64,000 nucleotides of DNA from an uncultured bacterium. GTDB lineage: Bacteria; Patescibacteriota; Minisyncoccia; Phycocordibacterales; DATDWN01. The position numbers were made by a program, and so were the translations under genes. Positions 59,938 through 64,000 of this stretch are shown piece after piece; positions within the stretch are counted from its first letter, which is position 1, and each line of letters begins with the position of its first letter. The notes under the pieces are model-generated. The model worked only from the letters and a program-made list of their open reading frames with translations, was not told the DNA's origin and ran no database searches. The stretch spans positions 157-64,156 of the forward strand of contig CAVSGX010000003.1 in the NCBI GenBank assembly GCA_963727715.1, in the 5' to 3' direction.

Positions 59938-62870
59938 TTATTTCAAAAGTCTGCGATATCCACAATATCTGCAAGCCGGATCGTCACAATATTGCTCAGT
60001 GATTTCCCCACTCCAGATGGCTTTGACCAGCGCGCCAATCTCATCTTTGACTCTCTTCACATCTTCTGCGCCGACAGGCAGGCTGACAATCGGACATCTG
60101 CCTTTGTTGTCCGGAGAAACAAAAACCAGCGAAGTTTGTATTTTCTTTCCGCGCCAATGCGAAGTTTCAAGTAGAATATTGTAAAAAACCAACTGTCTGA
60201 AATAATTTCCGTCATCGTTCCGGGTCTCGCCTTTAATGGCAGCTTCTGACATAGCTTGTTTTGTTTTGTAATCAAAAACCGAAACTTGCGGACCGGTATC
60301 AATAATAGTGTCCAGTTTGCCGTGAAGATTTATACTTATCCTTTCCTTTTCAAACTCGCTATCAAAAGGGACTTCAACCCACCTCTCCGACGAAATGTTT
60401 CCTTTACTTTTCCAATGCGGTAAAAGCGAAGTGGCCACCGCCGGCGCGTTTTTGGAGAGTTCATTCTCAAGCGCTTCTCTGTCGGAGAGTGACAAAAATG
60501 ATTTGTTGACGTATTCTGTCGCGGATTCGGCAATGCACTTTTCAATTTTTTCTGCGCCCAAAGTTTTCTTGTTCAATTGCCAAATTTTTGAAATAGCATA
60601 GTGCATCGCGCTTCCCTTCTCGGCCATAACCGACGGAGCCTGTGGCAGTTTGAGAATGCTTTCGTAGAGAAACTTGCTTGGGCATTCTAAATAGTGGTTG
60701 AGAGCTGTCACGGACAGACCGGTTTCGGTCAAAATTTTTTTGGCTTCGTTTACGAGCAAAATCTGGTGGTCTTTTTTGTCACCACCACTGACAGATTTGA
60801 AAGAAATATTGGTTCTTGGCAAAACTTTTTTGTTTGTCTCCTTTTCCTTGAGCTCGTCTATAAAACGCAAAGGTGTCATTACTTTGCCATCTGGTTCTTC
60901 CAAAGCGTAAAGAATAACGGCGTGTTTTTTTGCCCTGGTGACAGCGACATAGAAAAGTCGACGCATATCTTTGACATTGTAGTCACTGTAATTTTTCTCC
61001 GGCAGGATAAAAGATGACCCGCGCGATCGATTTATCCAAAATTCTTCGTTAGCGTATGGAATAAAAACATAATCAAACTCCAAACCTTTCGAACCGTGAG
61101 CGGTCATAGCTTTTATTTTAAAATCCGGAGCGCCGACGGAGACTTTGACCGGCTTGAGCTCGGCTGATTGCCTGTAGTCAAGCATAAGCTTCATCAGTTC
61201 CATCAGATTTTGAATATCGCCTTCGCGGGCAAGCGACTGAGCTAAAGTGACGATTCCTCTCCAAACATGAACGTAGGAAGGATCGCTGGAAACCAAAGCT
61301 GTAAAGCCAGACTCTTCGGCTACGTGAATAAGGCCAGGCAAAGCTCCGTCATTTTGCATTTGTTTTCTGATGACGATCAGTGCTGGCAGATGCTTCCCCA
61401 ATTCACTGACATCATTTTTTTTAAGCAGACGAATAACCTCCAAAGATTTGTTGAAAGGAAGTCCCCATATTCCGGCAGCCAGAGTTCCGGCCAGAGAGTC
61501 TAGTCTTGAGTGATCGACGAGGTATTGTATGAGATCGAAAAAAGCCACGCCGACAGGATGGTGAAATATATCAATGCTTCGTTCGGATGAGACTTCAATT
61601 TCGTTTGATTCCAAAAGACGCAGAACTCTTTGAGTTCACGATTGCGTCTTGTGACGACGGCCACGCTCGCCTCCGGTTCCGTTTTGGAAATTTCTTTGAG
61701 TTGCTCTACAAGGTATTCGTCCATAGCCGGAGAATTGTCGCTAGCCACTATATCAATCGGTCTTTTTTCCGCGCCACCGGCAGATTTGAGTTTGATTCTT
61801 AAATTTTCATATTCGCCATCACCATAATTATTTTCAATCATACTGAAAGTGGCATCCAGAATTGACTGGTGGGAACGATAGTTTGTATCAAGAGAAATAA
61901 CTTTCATTTTTGGCCAGCGTTTTTGCAGACGCAGAAAATTTTCCACCGAAGCGCCCTGGAAACGATAGATGGCCTGCTTTTCATCACCGACAACAAAAAT
62001 ATTCGGTGTTTCAAAAAATTCGGCCAGAAGCCCCACGATAAAGTTTTGGGCGTCGTTGGTATCTTGATGTTCATCAACCAATATGTAAAGAAATCGTTCT
62101 TGCACCAGACGCAAAAAAATCTCATCATTTTTGAGCGCCACCAGAAGTTCTATAATAAGGTCATCATAGTCACGTAATTTTTCTTCCTTCTTTTTTTCTT
62201 CATACTTTTTATAAATATCAGCCAAAAGGAGAGTTCTTTTAACTTTCTCCAGTTTTTCAAGCACTTCGGCCTTGAGATTGCCCTTGCTCGCGCCCCGTGT
62301 GGAAATATTTGATTCGTCGTTTTCAATATTTTTTTTCTGCGACAAAGCGTATTGGCCGAGCTCTTTTGGCGTCATGGCGTCTCTTTTGGCTTCCGAGATA
62401 GCTCTGATTATGGACGATAGATAGGCGTCCGGCCGACCAAGCGGATGAAGAGAGACAAATGACAGGGCGGTAAGAATGGAGCGAATCATGGATCCCGATC
62501 CACCTCGGTCATTTGTTTCAAATCACTGACTCCGACAAAATGATCTGGATATTCGGAAATCATGGCCGAAGCAAAAGAATGAAAAGTGTGAATGTAAATT
62601 TCATGGGCGCGGTTGCCGATTATTTCTCTCAATTTTTCCCTCATGGCCCTGACGCCGGCATCGGTAAAAGTCAACGCCAAAATTCCGATGGCGGTGTGTC
62701 GGTTTTGAGCAAAATGTTGGCTATGCGCAAGGTCAAAATCGTCGTTTGCCCGTCCCCGGCCCAGCCACCACCATTACCGGACCTTCAATTTCATCCACCG
62801 CGCTTTTTTGCTCGGCGTTCAGTTTTGGTGCGTTCGTCGAATTTTCCTTGTGATTTTTGTCGAATGCCAT
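59938..62870 (-). CDS. UvrD/PcrA-like helicase with C-terminal PD-(D/E)XK nuclease (apparent sequencing frameshifts)
   Basis: AGPGTG, LTFT, TFHSF, VDEHQDTN, VGDEKQAIYRFQGA, NYRS, MTAHGSKGLEF, RRLFYVAVTRAK, GKLD...DYKT, C-terminal CxxC. Confidence 0.9.
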
Positions 62871-62871
62871 T

Positions 62872-63283
62872 TTATTTTTTTACACTATTTGTTATTTTGG
62901 TCGTCGTGGAAAGAGACTGAGCGGTTGTGGTAGCTTGACTACTGCTCGCAATATTTAAAACAGGATTGAAACGGTTGTAGTTGTAGTGGAAATATCTGGA
63001 GTTTTATTTGAATTCAAAAAAAGTGAAGCCGACCGATTTCAATTTGGACAACTCGCCACTGATGCCATTTGTGCCTTGCGACAAAATTTGACCCAAAGTT
63101 ACTAAACGGACTCGGCGAACACTTTGCACACGGTCAGTGATATCTTTTTCCTGAGTCAATTTGGAAACACGGAAAAAATCCAGAAAACAAAAATAATTCC
63201 GGCGCACAAAGTCGCCACGCCAGAAGCAATCAATTTTTTGTCCTCTCCGGTTTTCCCCTCAATTTTTCTATGTAGTCGAACAT
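62872..63283 (-). CDS. Small membrane-anchored hypothetical protein (frameshifted)
   Basis: MFDYIEKLRGKPERTK... followed by TM IASGVATLCAGIIFVFW in a shifted frame. Confidence 0.5.
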
Positions 63284-63292
63284 AATTCATTC

Positions 63293-63484
63293 AAACATAT
63301 TTTTTCTAAGCGATTCTCGGATTTATGTGAAATGTAGAATAATTTTTTCTACGGAACTACCGGACGACCTCTACTGAGGTCGGTTTTGTCAATGACCCGA
63401 GGGACACTAAACGCTCCTTCGTAGAAAAAATTATCAACGATTTCAGCCACAAAATCCTGAGCGAATGCTCGAAAAAATATGTTT
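63293..63484. repeat. Fold-back element E11
   Basis: Nested IRs AAACATATTTTTTC/GAAAAAATATGTTT and ATAATTTTTTCTACG/CGTAGAAAAAATTAT; GACCTC-TACT-GAGGTC; GGTTTTGTCAATGACCCGAG shared with E1. Confidence 0.8.
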
Positions 63485-63513
63485 TCATTTTAGTTGAAAA
63501 ATGAATCATTAAA

Positions 63514-64000
63514 TTAAACACTGGAAGAAATGACCACCACATCCCCCTCCTTGCCCTCCAAATCTTTTTTCTTGATGGTCAGTTTGTCCACCGCTGTCGC
63601 GCCTTCCTCGCCAGCTTCTTTCAAAAATGTTTTGAGCGCACCGGCTGTGCCAACATCGCCAAAGTGGCTAGGAATAATGAGTTTGGATTCAAATTGCACT
63701 GCCAGCTTGTGCGCTTTGTCTGGTGGCAAAACACCGTCGCCACCTATCGGCACAACCAAAATATCCACACCGTCTATCGCCTCGACAGTTTTTGCCGGCA
63801 GTTTCTCGTCTGACAGAGCGCCGAGAAAACAAAGTGTGATGCCTTCCAAGTTTATTGTGTAAATGGTATTCAAACTTTCGCCACCATTTTTTTCAGCACC
63901 ATAATTCGACTTGCTCAAAAAACCTTTGATGAAAACCCCGCCGATTTCATATTCACCCGGACCATTGACAATGAACGGCTCTTTTTCGGCGCGAGAAACG
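63514..64000 (-). CDS. MBL-fold metallo-hydrolase (partial, starts beyond window)
   Basis: GPGEYEIGG, NTIY, LCFLGAL, VDILVVPIGG, IIPSHF. Confidence 0.85.
   Translation of the reverse strand, partial: VSRAEKEPFIVNGPGEYEIGGVFIKGFLSKSNYGAEKNGGESLNTIYTINLEGITLCFLGALSDEKLPAKTVEAIDGVDILVVPIGGDGVLPPDKAHKLAVQFESKLIIPSHFGDVGTAGALKTFLKEAGEEGATAVDKLTIKKKDLEGKEGDVVVISSSV

Noticed and set aside
12059-63484. CRISPR array or classical MITE/REP interpretation of the repeats
   Set aside because: Copies are dispersed with no repeat-spacer periodicity or cas genes; termini are not conserved between copies and no target duplications are visible.
203-63862. Numerous antisense or overlapping ORFs in the six-frame track, including ORFs spanning the fold-back elements and tRNAs
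   Set aside because: They are shadows of well-supported genes or RNAs and carry no recognisable motifs or start signals.

Overview
64-kb chromosomal segment of a small-genome bacterium whose gene content points to Patescibacteria/CPR, probably Parcubacteria (short IF-2, short ProRS, shortened SMC, VirB2-like pilin array, NusB-NUDIX fusion, -10 boxes right before start codons). It is mostly housekeeping genes (infB, rbfA, gyrA, smc, frr, leuS, ychF, mreBC/pbp2, proS, rnc, rnhB, dnaE, ftsAZ, tsf, rpsB, prfA), five tRNAs and two near-identical IS30 copies. Several essential genes are frameshifted, most likely by long-read errors. The most unusual signal is non-coding. (1) About 11 dispersed 145-225 nt fold-back elements share a covarying core, but their long terminal inverted repeats are unique to each copy, and one copy is translated in frame inside RNase HII. 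(2) A ~650 nt structured transcript with its own promoter and terminator is cut off from that promoter by IS30. (3) Two tandem paralogous small RNAs lie between proS and mreB. (4) At two sites (tRNA-Thr with a GIY-YIG nuclease gene, and dnaE) a palindrome-interrupted relic of a gene's 5' end precedes the intact gene. All calls are from reading the sequence; no database searches were run.
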